This document shows, one piece after another, positions 37,882 to 47,930 of a stretch of DNA of 64,000 bases. The DNA lies in the sequence record MW822008.1. One strand, written 5' to 3'. Both the position numbers and the translations under genes were made by a program. The notes below the pieces were generated by a model, which was not told where the DNA came from, did not search any database, and worked only from the letters and a program-made list of their open reading frames with translations. The stretch's first letter is position 1, and the number at the start of each line of letters is the position of its first letter.

Positions 37882-40578
37882 ATGTCAAAGAAAATATATG
37901 GTGGCTTAGATGTCACACATAATGTGACAGTTAATGGTAAAAGAACAATTCAAGGAATAAATGAACAAGTTTTTGATTCCAACGGTAACTTGGAATTAGA
38001 TACTTATTCCAGAGATGAAGTACTAGATATAGTAAGTATGATGCCAATCTCCCATTATGGTTCACAAAACTATCTACCTGCGGGTGTTTCTGGGGATTTC
38101 AATGGTGCATCAGAAAACCAGTCACAACGTAGAAATAAAATTTTATTAGAAAACGATGGTACACTAGTACTTTTACGTAGTGGGACAAACGGTAGTGTTG
38201 AGGGATTATTTTATTCATATTTGGCTAACGCATTATCAGTTGATGACATGAGCCGTACAATTAACACTAGTCGTCAATACAAGCCTGGGTTTTTTGGTTC
38301 AAATAGAGTTGCGATTGGTTTATACAATACTGATCCAAATATTTTACTCGGTAGATATATTGATACTTCTAACAGTACTAATGGTTTGTTCATATCAATT
38401 ACCAATGGTACATTAGATGATAAATTGCATACTGGTTTTTTCGTTAACCAAGCAGATATATCACCTGAAGGTGGTATTGAATATGCTATGATGGCAGAAG
38501 ATGGTTCTATATATGTTTTTAACGTACTTAATGAAAATAACCAACTACAATTAGTTGTTGTAAAAGTTGTTTATAATATAAGCAATGGTACTTATACTGC
38601 AACTCGAATTACTGGATGGACTACTAAAACATTTTATAACACGACATATTCTGCACAAAATAATATGGTTATTACTAATCAGGTAACATCAACAAATATT
38701 GCTGATAAACCTTATGTGTATGTTCCACAAAATCTACGTGGTATTGGGATTTACATGACATCAATTGATTTATATGTTGCACAGCAGCCAGGAACGCAGA
38801 ATTTCCGCTTTAGAATGAACGGGGACGCTTGGTTTACAATGGCAACATATAATACACGTCCACAGCATAGTTACAGTTTTGTGTTCAATATGAGTACTAA
38901 ACAATGTACATTAGATGCGGGTAACGATATTGGTTCATATCAAGCACCATTAGTTATAACTAATACTGGTTCGGCATTAGTTCCTACTGGTAACGTTTTA
39001 AATAACGATCCATTGTATAACCATGCAAATGCAAGAAACATTTATAGTTCATATTTTTATTTGAATTCTGGTGAAGCTTTTTGTACTACATGTCCAAACT
39101 TAGCAGAACCATTACTTATGCAAAAAGCTAAGTTTCCTATTCAAATAGTTTATAGTATGCTGAATGTCCGTGCTGTACTTTCTACTGACTTCAAAGGTGG
39201 TATAGTTCGCCCGTCTTTTGGTTCAGCGGTTGGTTCATTTATTAATGGTGTAGAATTACTACCAGATAACAGTACTAAACAATATTCACGTGCATCAGGT
39301 AGTGGTGGATTTAGACCATCATATGCAGTTCATAAAAGTACTCCTAATTTTACATTTAAATCATTATCTTTAGGAACAATACAAGGTTATGAACCTACAG
39401 TTGAACGTGCTAATGTTGATGATAATGCAAATAATAGAATTTTTATTAGTAGTATTTCTGGGTCAACTGTCACAACCAATGGTGGTATTTTTATGGTTGG
39501 GCAACGTTATTCACAATCATTATCCTATGATAAAAACTTAAATGGCACAGGAATTATAAGCGTTACACAATCAGTACTGGACAATTTTAGAAATACTGAA
39601 TATGCCAAAGTTCTAAGTGATTGGAATTTATCAGCACAAGCATACCGTGATATGACACTATTTGTTCCACAACAAACAGACATTCCAGCTTTTGTTATGT
39701 TGAGTACAATTACTAATGATTATAGAAACTATATTAGAATTGCTGAAGTTAATGTCAATACTAGAGTTGGTAATATTACATCTATTACATTTAAGCGTTT
39801 AGTACTTGAGAATACGTATGGTGATAACTTTACACCAACTGGGAATGGTTCGATTGCATCTTCTTCTGTTGGTTTGACCATATATGATGGTGGTTCATTC
39901 TACTTCATTGGTGGTTCTGACCCATTATCACATCCAACAATAGGTAATACTGCAACTCATCAATTTAGAGCATATGTAACTAAATCAACTGCACAATTTA
40001 CAAGTTTTATAATTACTGGATCTCATGCCAGTTATGAACAAGGAAGTCAACCAGCAGCATTACCTGGTATTGGTTTTGGAATTTTTGAACCAATGGATTA
40101 CTCAAATAAAATGACATTCAAAAAATATGGAACAACGATTGCAGACTATAATAACTGGACTGCACAAGGTAGCCCAATTAACGTAGTATCCCAGGACGTT
40201 GCTCAAGGGTTTATTGTATATTTTACAGAGGAAACACCAGTTATTCTTTCAGGTAAGTCATTTTCACTACCAGTTTCAAATATTGATTTGAGAACTATTA
40301 AGTCTAATCCAGCAAATACAACATTTTATGTATATGTTAAATTGGAACAAGGATTGGCAAACTATTACATAACTACTGATGTTATTTCTGAAACAGGGAC
40401 AACTGCATATAATATTTTTTGGATAGGTACAATTCAAACTAATGCAATTCAAATCGAAACAATTAATATACAAAAACGTTCCCGTTTAGATATATTTGGT
40501 GCTTCACTTGAATCAGCAGGTTCATCGTTCCCAGTTAGCTACGGTCTACCATCACAAACAGGAACCATAAACTGGTAA
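37882..40578 (+). CDS. putative tail fibre / baseplate-associated structural protein A
   Basis: 898 aa, rich in Thr/Ser/Asn/Gly; paralog of 41194..43923; late promoter upstream. Confidence 0.65.
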   Translation: MSKKIYGGLDVTHNVTVNGKRTIQGINEQVFDSNGNLELDTYSRDEVLDIVSMMPISHYGSQNYLPAGVSGDFNGASENQSQRRNKILLENDGTLVLLRSGTNGSVEGLFYSYLANALSVDDMSRTINTSRQYKPGFFGSNRVAIGLYNTDPNILLGRYIDTSNSTNGLFISITNGTLDDKLHTGFFVNQADISPEGGIEYAMMAEDGSIYVFNVLNENNQLQLVVVKVVYNISNGTYTATRITGWTTKTFYNTTYSAQNNMVITNQVTSTNIADKPYVYVPQNLRGIGIYMTSIDLYVAQQPGTQNFRFRMNGDAWFTMATYNTRPQHSYSFVFNMSTKQCTLDAGNDIGSYQAPLVITNTGSALVPTGNVLNNDPLYNHANARNIYSSYFYLNSGEAFCTTCPNLAEPLLMQKAKFPIQIVYSMLNVRAVLSTDFKGGIVRPSFGSAVGSFINGVELLPDNSTKQYSRASGSGGFRPSYAVHKSTPNFTFKSLSLGTIQGYEPTVERANVDDNANNRIFISSISGSTVTTNGGIFMVGQRYSQSLSYDKNLNGTGIISVTQSVLDNFRNTEYAKVLSDWNLSAQAYRDMTLFVPQQTDIPAFVMLSTITNDYRNYIRIAEVNVNTRVGNITSITFKRLVLENTYGDNFTPTGNGSIASSSVGLTIYDGGSFYFIGGSDPLSHPTIGNTATHQFRAYVTKSTAQFTSFIITGSHASYEQGSQPAALPGIGFGIFEPMDYSNKMTFKKYGTTIADYNNWTAQGSPINVVSQDVAQGFIVYFTEETPVILSGKSFSLPVSNIDLRTIKSNPANTTFYVYVKLEQGLANYYITTDVISETGTTAYNIFWIGTIQTNAIQIETINIQKRSRLDIFGASLESAGSSFPVSYGLPSQTGTINW

Positions 40579-40589
40579 AGGATTACATA

Positions 40590-41177
40590 ATGGCATATAA
40601 AATAAGAGCAGACCTTAAGGCAATGCAACAAGTTACAGTTCAGGGTAAAAGTACTGGTCTTGGTGTATTAGGTAATAATATGACTTATTACCCAACAAAT
40701 TCAAATGGGGAATGTACATTCCCCTCTATTACCAAAGATGAAGTTAACTTTATTGTCAATGGATTACCACTTACACAATACGGAGAATTGTATGATGACG
40801 CTAGTCTAAATATTACTTCATCAGGCTATAGTCTTACATTTAATAGACAGATACCATCATTTATTGGTGGTTATCTTTATAAATTTCCAGCAGTTTCTAT
40901 TTTTGCTTCAACTGTTTCATCTGGAACACAAACACAATACGTATATGCAACGTTAGTTCTCGGTGAACCAATTTATAAAATATCACCAACACAAATACAA
41001 GAATCTGAAATTATAATGTTTATTGGAACACTGACCGTTGGTACAAGTGGTATTACAAATATAAACATTAATAAAGTATCCAGATTTAGTACATATAGAC
41101 CTAGTGTTACACAAAAAGGTTCTTCATTCCCAGTCAGTACTGGAAAACCATCAGAAACTGGTACAATTGGTTGGTAA
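40590..41177 (+). CDS. short tail-associated structural protein
   Basis: Shares its C-terminal domain (Y.Y..L...YxIS...IGT...KVSR...SSFPVSTG.P) with both neighbours. Confidence 0.65.
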   Translation: MAYKIRADLKAMQQVTVQGKSTGLGVLGNNMTYYPTNSNGECTFPSITKDEVNFIVNGLPLTQYGELYDDASLNITSSGYSLTFNRQIPSFIGGYLYKFPAVSIFASTVSSGTQTQYVYATLVLGEPIYKISPTQIQESEIIMFIGTLTVGTSGITNININKVSRFSTYRPSVTQKGSSFPVSTGKPSETGTIGW

Positions 41178-41193
41178 ATTAAGGAAAAGAAAG

Positions 41194-43923
41194 ATGTCAT
41201 CAAAACGAATTATAGGAAGTGCCGAGATCCTTGGGAACTTGGCAATTGGACAAAGGTACGCTATGCGTACTTTTAATGGAACCTCACCGAATGCCAATAC
41301 TGGAATTGTTCAATATCCAATATATAAGCGTTCAGAAGTTCAAAGTATTTTAGATATGTTGCCTATATCACGTGTAGGAGAAATGGATTACTTACCATTA
41401 AACGTAAGTGGGTCGTATGAAGGTGCTACACCTATGTCAAGTGACCAAGTAGTTCAGCCAACAATTATTGAAGATGATGGAACCGCCGTTGTTCTGCGTA
41501 GCGGAACCAATGGTAGTACTAAAGGTTTTTATTATTCATTTATACGAGAACTCCGAAATATAACTATGATTTCACAAGAAAGTGTTATTTCAACCAATTC
41601 AATGTATAAACCTTCAATTATGAGTAGTACTGAAAATATTAAGTATTTTATTGGCTCTAATGGTTATGAGATGCTTGGATGTTTAAGTACTGAAGATAAT
41701 TATATTTTTACTATAACCAATGGCACATTTAACGAAATATCACATATTCATGCTAAAGTGCCAAGTACTTCTTTTGGTAATGATATGCCAATATATACAC
41801 ATATTGTTGGGACAAAGGTTTATATTTGGTGTAAAGATAAAAGTGTTTCTAATTTAGGATTAGCACTTTCAATTTATACAGTAGAGCTAAGTGATGTGAA
41901 AGCAAGCTCAATGGCATCATTAACAAAAGTTACTGGGTTATCAGGTCAAACTGTTCGAAACACAAGTTATTCTGCATCTAATAACATAAGAGTGTTCGAT
42001 AAATTATATAGTGTTGGTACTAGCTCGGATTCATTATTCGAAGTTACATCACCAGTATCACGTGTAGAATTTTCAGACTATACAGACTTTAACATTCAAG
42101 CCAACGTTAGTCCTGATTTATCAAAAATACGTGTAACTTTATATCCAACACATCGAATGGTTACACCTTTGTATATTTCAACAGTTTATGGTACTGGAAT
42201 AAGTTTTGTTTATAATATAAACTCAAAATCTATGTCACTAGATGGTAGTGCTCGTGCACCTGCAACTGTTTCATATAATAATGGATTTCAAGTTTCTAAC
42301 CCATTTGAAATTAATATGGTCAACTTCACAGGGACAACTGCTGCTGGTGTATTAGGAAACGCAGGTGGTTTATGTCAAACTAAAGATGGTTTGGTATTTG
42401 CATCTAAATTTAGATGGAGTTCAACTGAATTTTATGGTCTACAACGATATAAGGTTAGTGGTACACCGTTTGATTCATGGGTTGCCAGTACTAGAACCGC
42501 AAGTAACGTTATAAATGCAAACGTTTTACCAGTTTTTGGTAGTGCTGTTGGTGCAAACCTTTTAGGTGTACGTTTCATCGATAATAGAAAAATATTATTA
42601 GCATGTTCTGGTACGTATGATGATGTAACATATAATTATAATAATACTGTTTTTTCTGAAATAGGTTCACAACCAACATATCAATATAACTCAGTTCAAA
42701 ATAATACTACATTAAATGGTTTTGCACCACAATCTAATCGTAAACAAATAGGCGATGATTTTACATACACTGCTATGATTTCTCTTGTTGATACCGATGG
42801 TAGTGTTAGATGCTATGGAACATCATTCATTGAAGGTGTATATAAAACAAGTGGTGGATTATTAAACCCAGATACTTTAGAATTTGATGAAACATATACA
42901 ATAGAACCAACGGTATTAGAATCATTAAAACAAGATATTTTTGCTAATATAGGAAACTCTGGCATTGTTGGCACACTATCTGGACAAATTGTATTATATT
43001 ATGTACCTGATAATACTTTTTCTAAATCCATCGCAGTAGTTTCAGCATATAATCTTAACAATAACCAAGGTTATGCAATCTATGCCGAAGTTGATGTTGT
43101 ATTATCTGGAACTAACATAACTTCAGCTACATTGGTGAGTACTAGATATGAGACACTTAGTTCTGTTACAGGAATTATTACTGAAGCATATATGAAACGT
43201 TGTACTGGTCTAACAGTTGCAAAATATTCAGGATTTGGTTACATTGGTGTTGATGCTGTTCATCAATTTTCACAACCAGGTAATGCACAATTTAAGATGA
43301 TGATAGCTAAAACAGTAGATGGTGTCATAACATCAAATCGTTTTTTATCATCTAGTTACATCCAACTTGGTGCAGCATATCAACATGGTGTTATTCCTGG
43401 TGTTGGTTTTGGATATTACAATTTTCAAGATTCTGACTATCAAACCAAATCTGTATTCAGCGTTTTTGGTACAACATCTGCTGAAATGGATGGTTTAATT
43501 AGTGGAAATGGTAGCGTTAAAGAAAAGATTGTGGTAGTATCACAAGACGTTGCACAAGGATTCTCAGTGTACTTTACACGTGAAGTTCCGGTGTTTTTAG
43601 GTGGAATTTTCGACAGACTACCTATACAAAGTGTTGATTTAAGTACTGTAAAAAGTAACCCAGCTAATACTACGTTCTATTTGTATATACAAATGAACAG
43701 GAATACTAAGAAAGCGTCATATGTTATTAGTACTGAAACAATTGATGAATCTTTAACTAGCACTTACATTGGTAAGATAGTTACTGGAACTTCAGGAATA
43801 ACTTCAATTGATACAGAAAAAGTAACTCGTTTTTTGACATATCGTCCAAGTACAACGAAACGTGGTTCAGCGATACCTGCCAGTACTGGTGTACCATCAG
43901 GTCCAGGTACACGTTGGAAATAA
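41194..43923 (+). CDS. putative tail fibre / baseplate-associated structural protein B
   Basis: ATG at 41194; shares YLP..VSG, RSGTNGS and VSQDVAQGF with 37882..40578. Confidence 0.65.
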   Translation: MSSKRIIGSAEILGNLAIGQRYAMRTFNGTSPNANTGIVQYPIYKRSEVQSILDMLPISRVGEMDYLPLNVSGSYEGATPMSSDQVVQPTIIEDDGTAVVLRSGTNGSTKGFYYSFIRELRNITMISQESVISTNSMYKPSIMSSTENIKYFIGSNGYEMLGCLSTEDNYIFTITNGTFNEISHIHAKVPSTSFGNDMPIYTHIVGTKVYIWCKDKSVSNLGLALSIYTVELSDVKASSMASLTKVTGLSGQTVRNTSYSASNNIRVFDKLYSVGTSSDSLFEVTSPVSRVEFSDYTDFNIQANVSPDLSKIRVTLYPTHRMVTPLYISTVYGTGISFVYNINSKSMSLDGSARAPATVSYNNGFQVSNPFEINMVNFTGTTAAGVLGNAGGLCQTKDGLVFASKFRWSSTEFYGLQRYKVSGTPFDSWVASTRTASNVINANVLPVFGSAVGANLLGVRFIDNRKILLACSGTYDDVTYNYNNTVFSEIGSQPTYQYNSVQNNTTLNGFAPQSNRKQIGDDFTYTAMISLVDTDGSVRCYGTSFIEGVYKTSGGLLNPDTLEFDETYTIEPTVLESLKQDIFANIGNSGIVGTLSGQIVLYYVPDNTFSKSIAVVSAYNLNNNQGYAIYAEVDVVLSGTNITSATLVSTRYETLSSVTGIITEAYMKRCTGLTVAKYSGFGYIGVDAVHQFSQPGNAQFKMMIAKTVDGVITSNRFLSSSYIQLGAAYQHGVIPGVGFGYYNFQDSDYQTKSVFSVFGTTSAEMDGLISGNGSVKEKIVVVSQDVAQGFSVYFTREVPVFLGGIFDRLPIQSVDLSTVKSNPANTTFYLYIQMNRNTKKASYVISTETIDESLTSTYIGKIVTGTSGITSIDTEKVTRFLTYRPSTTKRGSAIPASTGVPSGPGTRWK

Positions 43924-43927
43924 ATTT

Positions 43928-43968
43928 AAAGCTCGTCTATTGACGGGCTTTTCTTTTATGTGTATAAT
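43928..43968 (+). promoter_or_regulatory. terminator hairpin overlapping a sigma70 promoter
   Basis: AAAGCTCGTC-TATT-GACGGGCTTTT; TTGACG (43940-43945)-17 nt-TATAAT (43963-43968). Confidence 0.8.
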
Positions 43969-43990
43969 TGAATAAAAATAGGAGGAAATT

Positions 43991-44557
43991 ATGGTCAAAT
44001 CTTTATTACCGCCACCAAAACGTCACAAAATCAAAGAAATGAAAGAACAACGTACATTAAAGATGTACATCAATTTAGTTAAGTTACTGTGTAAAAGTCC
44101 ATCGCTCAAAGCAGAGTTTAAAACTGATGATGACCGCAAAGCACTAATTGAGATGAAGTATATGCTCAGTAAAATGTCCTTTTACAAATTTGTAAAAGAA
44201 TACGCATCTGACCCATTTAGTCCTCGTTGGAGAGCCAAACCAAGAGAGTATTTTTACGGTGGTTCATATACGGATCTCATTCAAGACACAGTGATGGGAG
44301 TTGAATTTGAAATCGATTATGAGCCGAATGGTGTGGAAAGCTGGCCGATTGAGAAACGTTTACCAAGTGAAGAAGAAATTTATGTTTATGCAAGAAAACT
44401 TTCAAATTTCAGTTCAAGAATTACTCTAGGCAATTTAGATTCATTTATTATTTTCTATACACGTGTTGGTGTAGATAAAATGGTAACTAAACTCAATGAA
44501 CTTTCATTACAACAAAAACAGATTAATGCATACAAAGACATTACTGATTTATACTAA
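43991..44557 (+). CDS. hypothetical protein, paralog family C
   Basis: KSPSLK...DDDRKALIEMKYMLSK motif. Confidence 0.8.
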   Translation: MVKSLLPPPKRHKIKEMKEQRTLKMYINLVKLLCKSPSLKAEFKTDDDRKALIEMKYMLSKMSFYKFVKEYASDPFSPRWRAKPREYFYGGSYTDLIQDTVMGVEFEIDYEPNGVESWPIEKRLPSEEEIYVYARKLSNFSSRITLGNLDSFIIFYTRVGVDKMVTKLNELSLQQKQINAYKDITDLY

Positions 44558-44563
44558 TGAGGA

Positions 44564-45085
44564 ATGGATATGTTTTTTGGATCAGTTGGAAAACAAAACA
44601 GTACTTTAATTTGGCATGAAATTATCTTTAAAATTATATCTAAAAGCTACTCACTAAAGGATATTATCACCACAGATAATGATAGACGTATCCTGTTAGA
44701 TGCAAAATATAAATTGAGCAAACACCCTTTACTTTCTTTAATCATTGATTACGTTAATGATTATGAATCTAGTCGTTGGAAGTGGGAAGACGGCGGTTTA
44801 TTTCGTGGAAAAACATTCTACGGTGCGGAACGATATGTTTTCAGTGATACATCAAATGGCGTTAAGTTTGCTATTAGAAACTTTAACTCCAAAGAAAATG
44901 ATTATCTTGAAAGTGGAGTGAAAGTATATATCGATAATAATAGCAATGTACTAACATATGACGAATCACTAATTATGTTACAAATAATGCGTGGAGTTGA
45001 AGGTGTAAGAAACAACCTTACTAAATTGAAAATCCAGCAAAATGATATACATAATAGACAGAAAATTAAGGGTTTATATAAATGA
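44564..45085 (+). CDS. hypothetical protein, paralog family C
   Basis: KSYSLK...DNDRRILLDAKYKLSK motif. Confidence 0.75.
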   Translation: MDMFFGSVGKQNSTLIWHEIIFKIISKSYSLKDIITTDNDRRILLDAKYKLSKHPLLSLIIDYVNDYESSRWKWEDGGLFRGKTFYGAERYVFSDTSNGVKFAIRNFNSKENDYLESGVKVYIDNNSNVLTYDESLIMLQIMRGVEGVRNNLTKLKIQQNDIHNRQKIKGLYK

Positions 45086-45591
45086 TTTCATTTTTCAAAA
45101 AGAAACAAAAAGTTGATGAAACCGGATTAGAATCGTTTCTGTGGACTCTTATCATCAAAAAAAGCCCATTGATGAAAGAATATGCTATCAATGATGCTAA
45201 TAGAAAAACTATCATTGAATACAAATATGAATTATCTAAATGTGATCCAATTGTTTATCACTTTGCGAAGTACTGTTCAAAAAATTTATCGGATATCACA
45301 ATCGACCACGAGTCAGTCCCGATGAGTTTTCCTTATGGTGATTGGGTAGATACTTTTGATATTTTTGATGGGTCAAATGGTTTCAGTTTCTTTTACTCGT
45401 CAAATAAAGCAAATGTTCGTATTAAAACAGACATAGGTTGGACACAGCATAGCTCAAATAAAGAAGATTATAATTTATTAGCTGACGTATACCGAAGTGT
45501 GAAGAATTCAAAGGATATTGATGAAAGAATTAAAAAGCAAAATCGTATATCTTTATCACTTGAAACATACAAGTCAAAGTATGGTGGTTAA
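45082..45591 (+). CDS. hypothetical protein, paralog family C
   Basis: KSPLMK...DANRKTIIEYKYELSK motif. Confidence 0.75.
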   Translation: MISFFKKKQKVDETGLESFLWTLIIKKSPLMKEYAINDANRKTIIEYKYELSKCDPIVYHFAKYCSKNLSDITIDHESVPMSFPYGDWVDTFDIFDGSNGFSFFYSSNKANVRIKTDIGWTQHSSNKEDYNLLADVYRSVKNSKDIDERIKKQNRISLSLETYKSKYGG

Positions 45592-45593
45592 CT

Positions 45594-45995
45594 ATGACTA
45601 CAGTTGATGATATCTATAGCACTATACGCAATATGAGTACAGATAGAAAAGTATTTGGCGATAAAGAAAAATCTAAGTGTTATGGTATTGATTCTTTTGA
45701 TATAATTTCTTATGAGTACAATACAAGTGGAAATAGTTCACTGAATATCGTCTGTCCTCGTGACCCAGAAAATAATTTTATGTATGTTGAAATTAATAAT
45801 GATGGAATGTTTTTTACAAAAGTTTTCAAAGGTGGAATTAATTACGAACCTATTGAATGTATGAATGAAGAAACTTTCTTTCAAGAAGATACAATTATCA
45901 ATTTAGGTTTTAGTTTTGATGATTATAAAACATTAGAACATGACTTTAATCGTTATTATAATGGTTTCTTAAAGGAGTTAACAATTTATCTATGA
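45594..45995 (+). CDS. hypothetical protein (EHFQ-motif family)
   Basis: MNEETFFQED motif. Confidence 0.7.
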   Translation: MTTVDDIYSTIRNMSTDRKVFGDKEKSKCYGIDSFDIISYEYNTSGNSSLNIVCPRDPENNFMYVEINNDGMFFTKVFKGGINYEPIECMNEETFFQEDTIINLGFSFDDYKTLEHDFNRYYNGFLKELTIYL

Positions 45996-47224
45996 ATAAC
46001 CAATATATTGAACAAACAATAGTGAAACACTTGGCTGGGTCACAAGCCTACGGAACCAGTACACCGGAAAGTGATACTGATTATCGTGGTATTTTTCTTG
46101 CTAATAAAGAATTTATTCTTACACCCTTCTATAAGGTCAAAGAGGTAGCTGACAAAAGCGAAGAAGATACTAAATTCTATGAGTTGAATCAGTATTTAAA
46201 ATTATACACTGAAGCTAACCCTAATATTCTTGAATCACTTTGGGTTGAACCTGAACACATTGTGGAAAGTACTGAAATTTATGACTATCTTCGTTCATTT
46301 AACCAAAAACTTCTTAGTTCCAAGATTGCATTTTCATACACTGGATATGCATATAATCAGATTAAGCGTATGACAAATCATCACGGTTGGATGGATAAAG
46401 AGCGTATTGCTGAAAAACGATTAAATGAGATTTTAGAAGAACACCCTGTCGATGAGGTTCTTGCGTGGATGTATGATTCATTCCCACAGTATCTTGTTGA
46501 ACGTTTAGATACATCCAACTTACATCCATTTAATGCTAAAAAGATTGATTTTGAAAAATATATGCGTGATACATCATTGCAGTTAGTTTCGAAAAATCCA
46601 TTAAAGCAATATCATTTCGTAAGATTAGTGCATAACTACACTACTGAAAAAATTCTTGATCGTGATTTCAATTTATTGAATTTTAATAATGGTTATGAAC
46701 TAATTCATTACGGAGAAAACATTTTTGCGATTGTTAAGAATCCTAATGAAAGCACTATTAACCATGATGGTTCATTGCGTTATTTTTCAAAAGAACGTAG
46801 TACTGAAGAGTTGAAAACCAAACCAGAACTAATTGTCAAATTTAACGAAAAAGAATATCAGGAAAATAGTGAGAATAGGAAAAGTTATCATAAATGGAAA
46901 GAAAATCGTAATGCCAAACGTGCTATTTTAGAATCACAACACGGATACGATTGTAAACATGCTATGCACACAATCCGACTTTTGAATAGTGCAGAAGAAG
47001 CGTTACAAAGTGGAATTATTCAAGTTAAACGACCAGATGCACAAATGTTGATGGATATTCGTAATGGTAAATGGAAGTATGAAGAAGTATTAGAATATTT
47101 CGATGATAAAGTACAATACATTCGTGATGTTCTATATAAGAAATCAGTACTTCCTAAAAAACCAAACATCAAGTTAGCATCAAAAATTATCATTGATATT
47201 AGAGAAATGCAATGGTATAAGTAA
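45992..47224 (+). CDS. Pol-beta-superfamily nucleotidyltransferase (RlaP / RNA-repair type)
   Basis: GSQAYGTSTPESDTDYRG, ANPNILE, GYAYNQ, GYDCKHAMH.IRL and LMDIRNGKW motifs. Confidence 0.85.
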   Translation: MNNQYIEQTIVKHLAGSQAYGTSTPESDTDYRGIFLANKEFILTPFYKVKEVADKSEEDTKFYELNQYLKLYTEANPNILESLWVEPEHIVESTEIYDYLRSFNQKLLSSKIAFSYTGYAYNQIKRMTNHHGWMDKERIAEKRLNEILEEHPVDEVLAWMYDSFPQYLVERLDTSNLHPFNAKKIDFEKYMRDTSLQLVSKNPLKQYHFVRLVHNYTTEKILDRDFNLLNFNNGYELIHYGENIFAIVKNPNESTINHDGSLRYFSKERSTEELKTKPELIVKFNEKEYQENSENRKSYHKWKENRNAKRAILESQHGYDCKHAMHTIRLLNSAEEALQSGIIQVKRPDAQMLMDIRNGKWKYEEVLEYFDDKVQYIRDVLYKKSVLPKKPNIKLASKIIIDIREMQWYK

Positions 47225-47232
47225 CATATACA

Positions 47233-47272
47233 AGTGTAATGGTACTAAAAATGCCATTACACTCAATAAATA
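47233..47272 (+). promoter_or_regulatory. hairpin followed by late-promoter-like AATAAATA
   Basis: AGTGTAATGG...CCATTACACT stem (47233-47263); AATAAATA at 47265-47272. Confidence 0.55.
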
Positions 47273-47301
47273 CTCAATATAAATTAACACAAGGATTAAG
47301 T

Positions 47302-47929
47302 ATGGCACAACAAATTTTCACAGATATCCACACTACCGGAGTTATTAAATTTCAAAATAATTTTTCTGGTGCTACTGGTGTAGACATTAAAAATGATGGT
47401 TTTAACATTGTCAGTACTCGGATCTATTGATGGTGAAGATAGTTCTCTTAGTGATTCTGTGATTGCATCATTCGGAACTAATAAAAACAGTTCTTTTATT
47501 ATATCTGGATGGACTGGAATGACTGATTCTGAAAATAATGTTAAGATAAAAGCTAAAGCTACTAACGAGAATCATGAAACAGAATGGGTAACATTATATG
47601 ATAGTGCAAGTAATAAGTTATATAATGTATTAAGTTCTAATAATATTTTAATTAATCCACTGTCGGGCAATTCTGTTTTTAATATTAATTTATCTGATAG
47701 AAATACTACTATTTCGATTGGTGCGGCTCCTACTGAAGTTTATTCAATTACCATCCTATTAACACAACAAACAGGTTCAAACCTAGTTAATTGGGGTTCT
47801 AATGTTAAATGGTCATATAACAGACCAGTTGTTCTTTCTTATGAAATTGGTGAAAAAGATATTATTTCATTAGAAACATATGATAAAGGAGTTACATGGT
47901 ACGGTGCATTAATTAGAGCAGGAGTATGA
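47302..47929 (+). pseudogene. tail-associated protein split by a one-base frameshift near 47419
   Basis: RBS-preceded ORF MAQQIFTD... stops at 47430. Removing one base joins it to the frame ending ILLTQ.TG..VNWGSNVKW...DIISL.TYDKG.TWYG, a typical tail-protein C-terminal domain. Confidence 0.65.
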
Positions 47930-47930
47930 T

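Noticed and set aside
37882-43923. Diversity-generating retroelement acting on the tail proteins
   Set aside because: No reverse transcriptase in the window and no near-identical template/variable repeat pair differing only at adenines was seen.
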